Of a stretch of DNA of 64,000 nt, positions 42,093 through 55,000 are shown piece after piece. The stretch's first letter is position 1; every line of letters begins with the position of its first letter. The stretch is from Camelus dromedarius (lineage: Eukaryota), in contig NC_087437.1 of assembly GCF_036321535.1 (NCBI RefSeq), positions 19,222,001 to 19,286,000 on the forward strand, given 5' to 3'. The translations under genes were made by a program, and so were the position numbers. Under the pieces are notes generated by a model, which was not told the DNA's origin, searched no databases, and saw nothing but the letters and a program-made list of their open reading frames with translations.

Positions 42093-42400
42093 TTTCACTT
42101 TACTAAATACTAACTAGTTTTTTCTGTTAATATTGAGCTGTTTAAAAATGTCAAAATTGGAAGCTCCTTATAGAATTTGTTTTTTAAATTCCAAACAGTG
42201 CCTCTGACTGACTGACAGAAATACAAAGAAAAACTTGTTACTCCATTCACTTTGCTAGGCTACCAAGGGGTAATTAGGAAGTATATTTGAGTGCCTGGTT
42301 ATCAGTTTCTCATGTCAGATGAGTATAGTGTGTAAAAAAAAAAAAAAAAAAAGTAAAGTACTAAGCCTTTTTGCATTACCAAATGTGCCAACTGGTAATT

Positions 42401-42439
42401 TAAATAGAGCCCAGCTATTTATAAATAGAGCCCAGCTAT
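42401..42439. repeat. 18-bp direct repeat TAAATAGAGCCCAGCTAT x2 between the two gene ends
   Basis: Copies at 42401-42418 and 42422-42439. Confidence 0.9.
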
Positions 42440-42997
42440 GAGGTCAGAGAAGCTGGGGTTTCAGACCCCGATTCCAGACACAATCAGGGCAAGACATAAG
42501 AAAGCTACATAGACTGAGGGGACTGATGTAGTGAGATCAAGAAAAAGGGTTAGAGAATTACAGCATGGGTAATTGGGTCTAAGGAAAATGTGACTGATAT
42601 TTGAAAATAGTTATTCAAAGCAAAGAGACTGTGGGCTGATCCCTAAGGAGGCATAGTTTTGCCTTAGCCTTCTAAAACTAGAAGCCTGTTTTCATTATGC
42701 AGAAAGGAAACTTTGAAGTGTCTTCATTAATTCAAAATATTTTATGGGATATGGTCTAATGACAGTATGAAAAAAAAAAAAAAGCCCACAACTGTTTTAG
42801 TTAAGAAAGACAGTGATTTAGATGCCACACATAAACTCCTCCGAAGATGAGGAGGGCACTGTGCTCCCAGTGGGCCACAGCATTTACATACAAAAAAAAA
42901 CTGAAGTTTCTGAGTCCAAAGCACTGTGGTCAGGGTGACGATCAATAGTTGCCCATAATAACGATCTGTTTAGTTGAATAAATTGGAAACATTACAT

Positions 42998-43093
42998 TTA
43001 GTCATCCAAAATATCTTCATCCAGGTTGATATCTGTTGTGTCAATATCTTCTAGTTCTAAATTATCCAAATCTACTTCCAGTTCAAGTAAACT
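42998..43093 (-). CDS. COPB2: COPB2 exon 22 (acidic tail, stop)
   Basis: [34 protein letters not shown]; 96 nt. Confidence 0.97.
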   Translation of the reverse strand, partial: SLLELEVDLDNLELEDIDTTDINLDEDILDD

Positions 43094-46000
43094 CTGCAAA
43101 GGAAAGGAGGAGCATGTGTCACATAGTACCGTGTTAAAGAAAAGTTACTTGTGATTCATGATCCAAAAAGAACTAAACAGTCAGTCAGAAGGGGCATCTC
43201 CCCACGTCAAAGCCCTGGCTCTGAAACTGACTTCATCGCTTACAATGCAGGGGCCGAGGCCACCACATCTGCAGACATTTGTGGGGAGGGAGGTGAGGCT
43301 GGGCCTGAGGGCAAGTTTGGGAATGACGTCTGTACCTTTTCTTCTTTGTTGGCTGTGTGAGTGGCCACAATAACAGGGGTGGGAGAAACAGGTTTCCCGT
43401 CAGGTTCCTGAAAGCCCAAGTAGAGATACATATAAACACAAAGGAATTTGTTGGGGAATTTGAGGTTTTCCCCAAGGGAAGACTGATCAGGATCGGGAAG
43501 ACTGATCAGGATCGGGAAGCAGGAGATGGTACTTCTCCCGTGGTATTCTACTGACCTGCTGAGCTGCAGGTCTTGAGGGCTGAAAGCCTTTTGCTTCTTC
43601 CATAACGTTTCTCTCTTCATTTGGCTACCAGAGAATAAAGCAATCATGAAAAGATATCTGAAAGCATAATTCATCTGTGAAATTGGCCTAAATCCCAGAT
43701 ACTAGTTCTCAATCGCACAATAATTTAAGTGGTGCAGTTCAAAACGTGACGTCGGGACTGCACTTCGCCCACAGTCACATGAAATGACGCGCCCCAGGCA
43801 CTCACCGTGACTAGTGGGTACTGTTTGGCCGGCCACAGGTCAGCATGTGTTCCCTTCACCCATTCTTCTACAACAAAGGCTTCTTTTAATCCAGGAAAAA
43901 GGTTTTCATATTCTGTTGGATCAGCAAGGGATTCTGCTGCTTTCTGATTGACTTTTGAGAGACTTTCTCTCCAGAGTTTCACCACCCTAATACAGATACC
44001 ATGGAACCAAAGGGAGACTGGGTAAGTGCTCTGTTTTTATCTAAATCATTTCTTCCTAAAATGAAAAGTCTGTACCTTGAAACCTGACTGGGTAAGTAAG
44101 TCCGTGCCAGGAAGGCAGCTTCTGGCAGTCGTCCAGTTCTGATCAAGAGCTCCAGGCAAGCGTCAAGCCTAAAGATGAAAAAGGAGAGGCACTGTTACCA
44201 AGAATAAAAGCTATAATAACAGCACTTAACACATAAAAGACACGTGGATTTAGTGTTGCAAAGTCAGCATTCCTTCGCCAGCTCCCACACATACACCTTT
44301 TTCTGTCACTGAGCCACTGACTTGTCCTCACCAGTGTTACATAATCAGTCCATCAGTGGACTCCAGGAGTGTGAGGGACAGGACAGCTTTTGTGACCATT
44401 TTCAATCTCTACCTTTCCTAAGACTCTAAAGGGGCTTTTAAAGGAAAGGCAGCTTAGGTGAGCACATTTAAAGGCTTTTCAGGAAATACAGGAGCAGAAA
44501 CTCAATTTTACAGACCGTGCTGGACAGTCCAGTGTGCCTAGCAGGAAGACAGCCAGGCATCTATTTTATTTTTTTAATTTCAATTTTTTCCTGTGTAAGT
44601 TTGATAAGGTGGATAATATGTTTTAGAATTCAGAAGGTTTTTTTACCTTAAAATGGTAATACTTTTTGGATTTTAGGAAGTACTTACACATTACCTAACA
44701 TCAGCATCAAAATCACAAACAGTACTCTGCAATGATACATGAATACTAAATGCAATAAAAACGTACCAAGTGGAATAAAAGCAACTAATAATAATACTTC
44801 AGAGTTTAGGTCACATTTTGCCATCAAATAATCTCACAGTAATTTTGGATTTTTGAATTATTGATAAGGAATAGTAGACCTATTCTTACAGGTGTATAAA
44901 TTTATGAATACATGTTATAAAATACATATATATTCAAGGTTTTGATGATTAAGTGTGGGTTTAAAAAGTATACAGGGCAATGTTAACGAATACTTCTGTG
45001 TTTTATAAGATGATCAACCAATGAAAGAATCTGATATGCAGTAACTGCTGAACTTTTGAAAATATGACATTTTTATGCTTTAAAGTTGGACTCAAATCTG
45101 ACAGTAACTAGCACCCTCATCCCTCTTTATTTTTGCCACGAACAGATCAGAATTACCCAATTTTGGTAAAATCACCTGCCGTTCAGGTACCAAATGAAGC
45201 AAGCAGCCCAACAGCCTCCTGCCATGATTGAATGAAACACCTTAGTCAGTCAGTGACAGGGCTGCTGAGAAAGGGATTTAACACTTCTCCCAGTTGAGCC
45301 TCCCCGAGCAGCTCATTTTGCTCAAACACGTAGACCAGATGTGGTAAGAGCTTCCCCTGCTGAAGGTGAGTGCCACCGAGGTAGCCCCGGCCCCTCACTG
45401 CTCCCACTAGCAACACCGCTCTCTCCAGGGTTCATTCTTCATTCCTCTCCAAAAACCACCCTCAAAGTCAGTGCAGAAGCAAAAGCTTTTAATTACTATG
45501 CCCACCTCTTTCAGACCTTGGATTAATACTTACTTGCCCTGTAAGAAGTAGCTCATGAACGCCACGTTGTTCTTGCCATCTCGCTCCGCACCCTCTGCTA
45601 GCTTGTTCACCATGCTAGCATTTCCAGAGGCAGTGGCCAAAAGCAACAGACCCCCGTAATCCTGCGCGTGGTGCAGGCACTCCTGGGCGAGGCCAAACTG
45701 GCACTTACTGATGGCAAGCTCGGCAAGCTGCTTCCACTTCTGTTCTGACTGTAAGAAAGTTTCCAAATTCAAGTATCTTTGAAAATGAACATTTCGATTT
45801 CCAACATCAACATTATTCTGCTAACATTACTGTGATGGCAATTTTTTGTTTTATACATATTATACACATTACATATAAAATACATATTTTATATACAGAG
45901 AGAGCTGCAGCTGTTACGCTGGTTCTATCAATCAAAGTAAGAATGGAATGACAAAATGTATGAGGAAATAGAAATTATTCACAGACACAAAATTAATTCT

Positions 46001-49000
46001 GACACATATCAATTTCAATGATGCATGAATAATCATCAGCCCATCATGTTTTCATTTTGTAATGACACAGTGGAACAAACTAATGATTCTTAAGGTAATT
46101 AGACTGCAAGTATTTTAACAAGTGATTTAACACCATTTTTTGAAAAAAAGTTCTTTTATGTCAAATATTGAATAATTATCTGTCATTTGGAGCTTCTCAG
46201 AAATCAAATAAAATGATGCACATTTGGATGATCTTAACATAGCTAAAACTTATTTAGCCCATCTGAAATGAATTTACCAGTAAATTCTAGACTTAAAACC
46301 ACAACTGGGAGCCCTCAATATACAAAGATCCATAAAAATGCCATGAAACTGTCTCAAAATGTCAGAACCCATCTTTAGAACTAACATCTTTCTCACTAGT
46401 TTGGGACACTGCTGTGTGTGCACTCGTTTAGAGTCCCAGACTACGGTCTACTATCCTGCAGCTCTCCTTCTCTTCCAAAACAGAGCTCACGTAAGGTAAC
46501 ACTTCTTAAACAAATCTGAATGCTACGAATATATTGAAGAATATAATAATGTATGTCTCCAATATAATTCATTTATGTAAAGATAAACATGATTCATTTA
46601 TTTTTAAAAGACCAAAGAGAGGCAATAACCTCACCAAAATGAGTTACTACTTTGCATTTTAGAAAACTTTAATAATACAACTTGTACTAAACACACAGAA
46701 GTACCTATTCACCTTTCCATCAGCTATGAAAAATCATGAATCAATACATACCTCTGCTTCCACTGCTAATTGGTATGCAATTTTTAGTTCTCCAAGCTGA
46801 AGAGCAAGTTCAAAGCGATGCTCAGGATCTGTGGATACTGTAAGAGCTTGTTGCTTGAAGCCCTAAACAGATAAAATATACGTGTGTGTGCGCGTCTGTG
46901 CACACAAGTGCACACACAAGGCAAGTCATCCATTTCCCTCGCAAACTAAAAATACACTGCTGACGCTGGAAGCCCCATTACTTACATCAAACAAAAGTAA
47001 CAGATTAAAAAATAGTCTTCAATTTTGAAGACAGAAAAATTAAGGAGCCATTAAATTAACTGGTAAGAACAAACCTGGCAGACAGAATTCAGTCACACTA
47101 TGCCTACTGTCAGGGGAAGCTGACCAATGCTAGATAAACTCAAGTAAAGTAACAACCAGTAAAATTTAGAAATGTAATAGTAAACAAATGTCAAAAAGAA
47201 AAGGATTTTGGAAAGTTGATGAAAAAGAGCCATTTCCAAAAAAGACACAGTGGTGGAGACCTAGCTGTTGGTAATCTCACTGAGCTGGGCCCTAGAGATC
47301 CAGTCTGGGGCCTCAAAGAAAAGTCAAATGTAAAACCTTCCAAATTTCTATCATCTGCAGGTCATTCAGCAACATTCTGCTTTCAGGTCCTGACATTGAA
47401 CGGGTGTCATTACCTACGCCTTTACTGTTGGTCTCATGTCGCTTTTACTCATTAGTAAGCGTTCCAGAGGGCAGAAGTCTAAAACTGCCCTCCCATGCTC
47501 CAGTCAGTCATGAGAAGCAGACTTTTAAACCAATTACTATAATTACCATATTAGCTTCTCTCTCAAGACAACAGTGCTGATGGGGTCTGCCCTAAGTTCT
47601 TCAGCTCCAGGGATGTGGTACACGAGATGAAAAGCTCAAACTGCAGAAGACTTCATCAGATGATGACAGCCCACTCTGGGGTGGGCAGGATGGAGAAGCT
47701 GGACAGCCGAGTTCTGCCTGGCTAGATGTTCAGGATGGCTGTATCACTGTGTTTAAAAGAACTTACCAGACTACACAAGCTGCCCCTCCCTCCATTCACC
47801 CTGAGTACCCTGTAACAAGGTATTCTGAATAATCTGCATTACTCCTTTTCTTTGAGTACTGATGCAGACAATATAAAAACCAAGAGTAGAGGATGGAAGA
47901 TCCGCAGAACCAGTCAGATATAGCCGAGGGCAAAGCAGATGAAATGAGGTAGGCTGAACACACTTTTGTTTTCCTCCAAATCCCCACTAAAATGACACTA
48001 AAGGGATTCTCTTCTTAAGCCATAAACTCCCAAGGACACAAAGAAAGGCAGAGGAGACACTAGTTAACAACATTTTGGAAGCTCAGAAGCTGGAGGAGCA
48101 TAAACATTCAGCAGAAATGCTAGAAAAGATCAATCCCTAAATCAGGAGTGAAGGCAGTGGAGAAACGGCCTGATTCGCACCTCGGATCCCCAGCGGTGTC
48201 TCGTGAAGGGCAGTGCTAAAACCAGCAAGTAAACTGAACCTCCTGAGTGTCTAGGTCCCCACCCCTCTCCCTCCGACCTCTTGACACACACAGAAGGCAG
48301 GAAGGTGGCCTGTTCTTTGGAGGGTAAACCAGAAGGTCTCCAGTCTGAGGGAGCCCTGCACCCCTGGAAGGAGGGCTGACAGGAGATATGAAAACGGGTG
48401 AGACTAAATGAGAATTCTGAGACTAATAAATGTTTGAAATACTAAATGCTGAGACACCAAGCCGTCCTCTACTCAGCCCCCAGAGGATGGTGATTGGGGA
48501 GCTTCTCTGTAAACTGACCAGCCAGAGGGATAAGACTTAATACTACTAAAATGTCAGGGGTATATGCCGGCCCGAACAGGGCCTGGTACAGTATTAAGTG
48601 CTCATTAAATTCATTACATGACTAAATGAAAAGTCATTAAGTTCATCAGATGAAGGTACTGACACTGAAGTTCCCAATCAAATGGCCCAGCCACGTCACA
48701 TGTTCTGAGTCCAGACCCAACAAGGTCACCCACAAACTCAGACCTTTTGACCTGCTTCTTAGAGCCCCACTCTTAAATGAGTGTCCAAAGATAATCAGAT
48801 ACCTGAGGAAGACCTTTGAAAGGAAAGAGAGATCAAAATGCACTCACAGAACTATACTCAACATCTTGTAGTAACCGTTAATGAAAAAGAACATGAAAAT
48901 GAATGTACGTATGTATATGCATGACTGGGACACTGTGCTGCACACCAGAAACTGACACATTGTAACTGACTGTACTTCAATTAAAAAACAAACAAAAAAA

Positions 49001-52000
49001 TAAAATGCGCCCATAACAGCAATTTGAAGGAAATATATACCACGTAGGGGAAAACATCATCCATCCATCCATAAATAAGATTTTAAAAGCCCAGGAATAA
49101 CAAAATGAGAAAACAGTCCTCCAGCGGGAGGCCCAACATCTGAATCACAGTTTCACAGGGAGAACACAGAAAATGAAGGAAGGAGATCATCAGAGAAACG
49201 ACTCAAGAAAATCTCTCAAAAATGAAGGACAAGAGAGCTCATCTAATACCCAGAAGAATGAATGATAACTGACCCCCTACACCAAGGCCACCATCACAAT
49301 GACATCACAGAACAACAGAGACAAGATCCCAAAGACTTCCAGAGAGAAAAAACAGATCAGGTACAAAGAATCAGGAATATAAATGACTTTAGACTTCAAC
49401 GACAACTAGAAGCTAGAAAGCAGTAGACAAGATAGGATTTTGTCTTCACAACTCTGAGAAAATTACTGAGAGAAATACAGAATTCTACATCCAGTTTAAC
49501 GGCCAAACATGTTTTAGGGTGGAACAATGGCACTTTTAGATAATCAAGATCACAAAAAATTTACTTCCTATTGGTAATAATCCTTTTCTCAGGAAACCAC
49601 TGAAGGACATACTCCAGCAAAATGAGGGAGTAAACCAGGAAAGAAGAAAAGGGGATATAGGAAATAACAGATCCAACTCAAAAGGGGCGAAGGGAAGCCC
49701 CAACATGATGGTGAAGGAATATCCACGATGAGGGCAAAAAGCAGTTTAGCCTGAGGCAGACGGAACATACTGAAAGGAGATTTGAGGGAAATGTGGAGAA
49801 GCAGCAGAGTAGGGAGAATGACCATAGGTGAACAGGGAGACAAGTGAAGTTTAAAAAAAGAAACAATGATTATCTCCAGGAAAACCACCACCTGCAGGAG
49901 GGGAAAGCTGTACCACACCACACGGCTCAGCTGTGAAGAGCGTTAGCACAGCCATAACCATATCAACAGTGACTGCCGATCTAATCAAAACTGTGATGTA
50001 ACTTTTTTGGGCGGATAAGGAATAGGAAAGTGGCATGTATGCGACAGAAGTTGGGGGGTAGAGGGGGGAAGAAAGATAAATCCTCATCTTCCACAGAGCG
50101 TGAAGCCATGAGACATGCCAAATAGCCACATAAGCATGTTACTTAGAGATGCGGAAAGAAATACCAACAGAGTCAGCTAGAAGAGTCAAAAGTGATTACC
50201 TCTAGGGAACAGAAATGAGAGAGAAAGGAGGGATGTTTTCCTTAGGCTTGCAAACTTTTATCCTTTGTCCATATATAACTTTGATTTAAAAAATACTACA
50301 TTCAGGAAAGGGCTTATCACTAATGGCAAATTTTATTTTATGTGTATTTTACAGAAAGAGAAAGAGAGAAGCCAGCTAGGATAGAGAAAAATGCAGCAGA
50401 GAAATGAAAATACTGACAGAATGAAAAATTCTACAGAAAGGGAAGACTGATAATCACCTCCAACATTTTAAGGGGATACTAAGGGCAATGAGAAAGGAGA
50501 GGGAGGGGTGTCACAAGTGACTTAACTTTACAGGAGAAATTCCACCGCCATCAGGAAATCAGTGGCAATTAAGAAATAAAGTTCTTCAAATTCATACTAA
50601 CATTCTTTCAAATTGCTGGTTTTAAAAAACACACATAAATAAAATAAAACACACACACACAAAGCCCTTACCTGCTTTTCCAAAAAGTGTGCAACTCTGG
50701 TCCTCTGTTCTTTTGGAATGGTAGGAAGCACCTTGTCGGCCATGCTGAAGTCCCTGCGCATGACAGCCGTCTGGTACTCCAGCACCGAAACCAGCAGGGA
50801 GTAGCTGACAATGTTTAGTTCTTTATCCCCGAGGTACAGCCTGTTGTCCTTAGGAATATAGCCCAGGAGATACATTGTCCTGGAAGAGAAACAGGAACTG
50901 GTTTAGAACTAAGCCCAAATCAGTAGACAACACCCATGTATGCGAACGCACGCACACACACGCTCACTATGCTTCTTGCTTAAAATCCTTCCATTCAACT
51001 GATGCAATTCTGGTTAGCAACTGCCAACCTACTACAACTGTAACACTAAACAATCAGGCCTATCATTGTTACAAGTTAGCATTTGGTTTTGTTTAAAAAG
51101 TATACTTTTAAATTTAGGATGCTAAAGACAAAAGCAAAATGATACTCAGCTACCTGTCCAAGTGGGCAATGGTGACTATTTCTCCTCCAACATAGTAATT
51201 TAATCTGTTCACAGAACTTGTGTAAATGAAGCAATCGCCCACCCACAGCCCTGTTTTCACAATTTCCTGAATCTCACCAAGAACCTGCAGAAAAAAAATA
51301 AAAGCCTATTATTATCTTATTCAGCATTAGAAATCCTACTAGTAACAAAAAACTGAATATAATTAGGGGTGATAGGTAGAGTAAGAAGTGCAAAAAAACC
51401 CCAAAAAACTCCTATTTCAAGAAAGAAAATCTTTTCCTGGAATTTCTACCTTCTTTCTTCATTGAAAAACAGATTCCTGGATGAGTATCTGTAACATAAA
51501 ATCTCACTGTTGCATCATAGCTGTGACCTAGGAAAGTGCTGATCTAAACTCCTAACATACATGAAACTGGCATAATAAATATTTCATAAAATCTTCCAAG
51601 ACATGTCCACAATGGATGATTTATCTTCACCATTTGAAAACTCTTTTAAATAACTGGCTAAATTGTCTTAGGACCAAAACGCCTTATAATTTCCTTATTG
51701 AAGATAATCGAAGTTAGTCTAAAGATTTCCTAAAATCAAAACACAAATTTCTTTTAAACATAATACTTGAAATACTTTCAGACTCTGCTCTTAGAGCCAA
51801 GATTTTAACTTTCACATTTCCCTGTCACTCCTTAAATGCTTAGTTTCCCCAAATGTGATTTTATAATTAAATGTTACCATGAGTGAAGTTTACTCTAAGA
51901 ATATAAGTCATTTAAAAACGAAGCTGAGCTAAGGTTGTGCTGATGCACGTGCCTCAAAGCCATCTTCAATACCATCTTCAGTAACTCCCTCATGTGTTTC

Positions 52001-55000
52001 CTGTGCAGCCAAGACTTTTTCCGACAGATATTTAAGGATAAAAAAGGACTCCTCGGTGGCAATACAGACTAGCTCTCCAGAGTCGGACCAGAAAATCTGC
52101 AACACGACAAACAAAAACACAAGTGATTTTGGATCTCTGAGAGGGTATGACGAACTGCATACACTCTGTTTCTCACAAGGTTTATCTTCATACATGAAGA
52201 TATTAAGTATGCACTTAACAATTTCATGTCATGTATATATACACACATTTGGGCGGACAGGGCACTGGCATTCTATTCAGCCTAGAATTGGAAAGACCTG
52301 AGGGAGGCAGGCAGGGGCGCCGGCAGGAGACACCGAGGTGCCGAGAGTGGGAGGAGCAGTAGCCCCCTCCCTACTGCTCGAGAGCTGTGCTTCGCACCCT
52401 TTTTTCCCCACTGTGACCCCCACCCGAAACCTTTCATAGACATTTTCCCCACAATCACCTTCCCCTGTGAAGTTGTAGTATCAGAAATGCTGTATGTTTA
52501 TACACATATTAACACATAAACATAGACGCATGGTGCATAAACACCTGACGTGCACATCCATACGAACATCTACGCTCTACACGTAAAGAGAGTGCTTGTC
52601 TCCATCCCTCGGGAACTAGTTTTTGGCCCCCTGGGGACAACATTCCCCCTGCTGAGAATGCATGTTCTAGAAGACACACCAGGACCCGGGGAGGCAGACT
52701 TGTCTCCACAATTTCCTGACAATGAAAGCTGTCAAAGAAACACGTGGTTCTCAAGGTAGAAAACCTTGTCACCGGAGCCAGCTACCTGAAGTTTAAACAG
52801 CCATTATCAGGGACAGTAGGAAAGGGCTTTCTGAACTGAGTGGGAGATTTGCAGGCATTTCTAGGTCAACAACTCCCTGACTTCTTATCTTCAACGTTTT
52901 TTTTTTTAAACTCTGTTAAAAGCCATTTAAAATATGAATAGCACTTGGCATTTGTATAACTTTTTATACTTTTCAAAAAGCCCAACATCTACTGCCTCAT
53001 TCAAATACCACAGTTCTCATTTCCTAGGCAGTCCTGAGGTAAATGGCAGTGTGTCCAGCACAGCGGAACACAGCAGGGTACAAGGATGTTTCTTGGCGTC
53101 GGGGACCCAGAACTTGTCACAAAGATGCACATTCCAAAACCAACAATGGAGGGAGCTCACGTGTTTGGGCTGAATTTCAATTCTGCGTATGAGCTCTGTA
53201 TTGTCCCAGTCATAGAAAGCCAAGCCGTTCACAGATCTGACTCCCAACAAGAAGCCTCCGTAGATACCTAGAAAGAACAGAAACAATTTAGATCCTTAGA
53301 AATTTCTGAGTCATTACAAAACTTCTAAAATTGTATTTTATGGAAAATAGCACTTACTTTCAGCTCCAAAATCTGGTTTAAATGATTTTTTTTCCTTAAA
53401 GTTCTTAAATATCTTTACAACACTGTTGCTTTCTCTTATTGCATATCTGGTGGGGGAAAGGAAAGCAAACATAGCATATTATGTATATACTGTAATTCCA
53501 ACAAATATTACAAAAATCTTCAAATATATCTGAGTAGTGAATTATACAAAAATGTAAAATTAATATTTGAAGATTCACTAATACATTTTTTTCCCTAAGA
53601 GATCACTGAACTCCTTACAGTTGGACAAATAGTGAATGGGTTTCACGTTCTTTATTACACAAATTACTAGGGCTTACAAACTATTTTAGAAACTGAAAAG
53701 ACCCAAGTCCCTTAACAGGTGAATGATTAAAACCAAATGTGCTTTATTTTTGCAATGAAATTTATACTCTACAAAAAAGGGGGACCTAATTACTGATCCA
53801 TGCAACAATACGGATGAATCTCAAACACATTCTCCAGAGCAAGAGAAGCCAAACATGAGAGTGTATACCACACCACTCCACTGATGGGAAACCCTGAAGA
53901 TGGCAAATCTGATGTACTGGGGAGTGGGGTGGTGCTGACTGCTAAGGTAAACAAGGGGGTTGCTTCTGAGTGACAGAAATGTTCTATGTATCCTGACTGT
54001 GGTAGTGGTCATGGCTTATATTCATTTGACCAAATTCACTGAGATGTACACTTAAAACAGTGCACTTAATTCTGTATAAATTATACCTCAATATAAAAAA
54101 AATAACAACTTTTGTAAGTGGCTCACTTGTTGGCCATGTTTGGCAACAGCTTAGAAAACTGTGTATACTCAGGCCTCTGCCCTGAAAAGGGGCTGGTGCT
54201 GGATATTTGAGAGCGTGTGAGGAAGAGACCTGACAAGTGCTTTGCTCAGGACAGGAAAGCTGCTGAGCAGCGTCTTGGCTGGACAAAGCTGAAAAGAAGG
54301 AACTATCAAAACAGAGGGAGACGTGTGCTGAGAGAGGTAAGGCAACTCATGAACTATGATTCTGCTTAAGATGGTAGCAAAGTACCTTTCAGTATATGGA
54401 ACTGTGCATGCATGAGTTATTTAAGAAACTTATGAAAAGATCTTACCTCTCAGTGACCTTTTTGTTAAAAGATAAAAAGCACGTTCTTACTATGCAATGC
54501 TGAGGCTTAAGTTAACCACTGTTGGCACGAGAGGTGACATAGAATATGGGCAAAACGAAACTAAGAAACCTGTAGAGATGAAATTCAGTGCACGGTCTGA
54601 AAAAACCAAAGTCCCAGTGTTTATTACATGCACCAAACAGGAATCAAAAAGGAACCCATCAGTGACTATCTAGTATAATAACTGAGAGGTGACTTTTTCC
54701 TGTTTTTAATGAGACTAGTTCATAAACATTTTGAATTCGGACAGAATTTGTTTTGTTAACAGTGGGAGGTGGGTAACATCACAGAATGAGTTTTTAAAAA
54801 GATTCAATGAAGTTCTCACCAAGGTTACATCAGACCCTAACAGCTCTCCTGAGAAACACAGAAAAGGGCAGCAGCAGCTCAGGATGCCAGGTTCCAGGCA
54901 GGGCCTGCCAACCACCCGACCTGAGGGCCCACTCTGCCTGGAGCCCATAAGCACCAGGCCCTGCCATGGGCTCCGTCAGGGAAAAGGGTGCTTGGTCCCT

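Noticed and set aside
42334..42352. A19 run as a retrocopy tail or MRPS22 poly(A) site
   Set aside because: No upstream retro-element or TSD seen; it is a genomic homopolymer that could cause internal priming.
43240..43674. 144-aa ORF as an independent gene
   Set aside because: It is COPB2 exon 21 with flanking intron sequence and an off-frame reading of exon 20.
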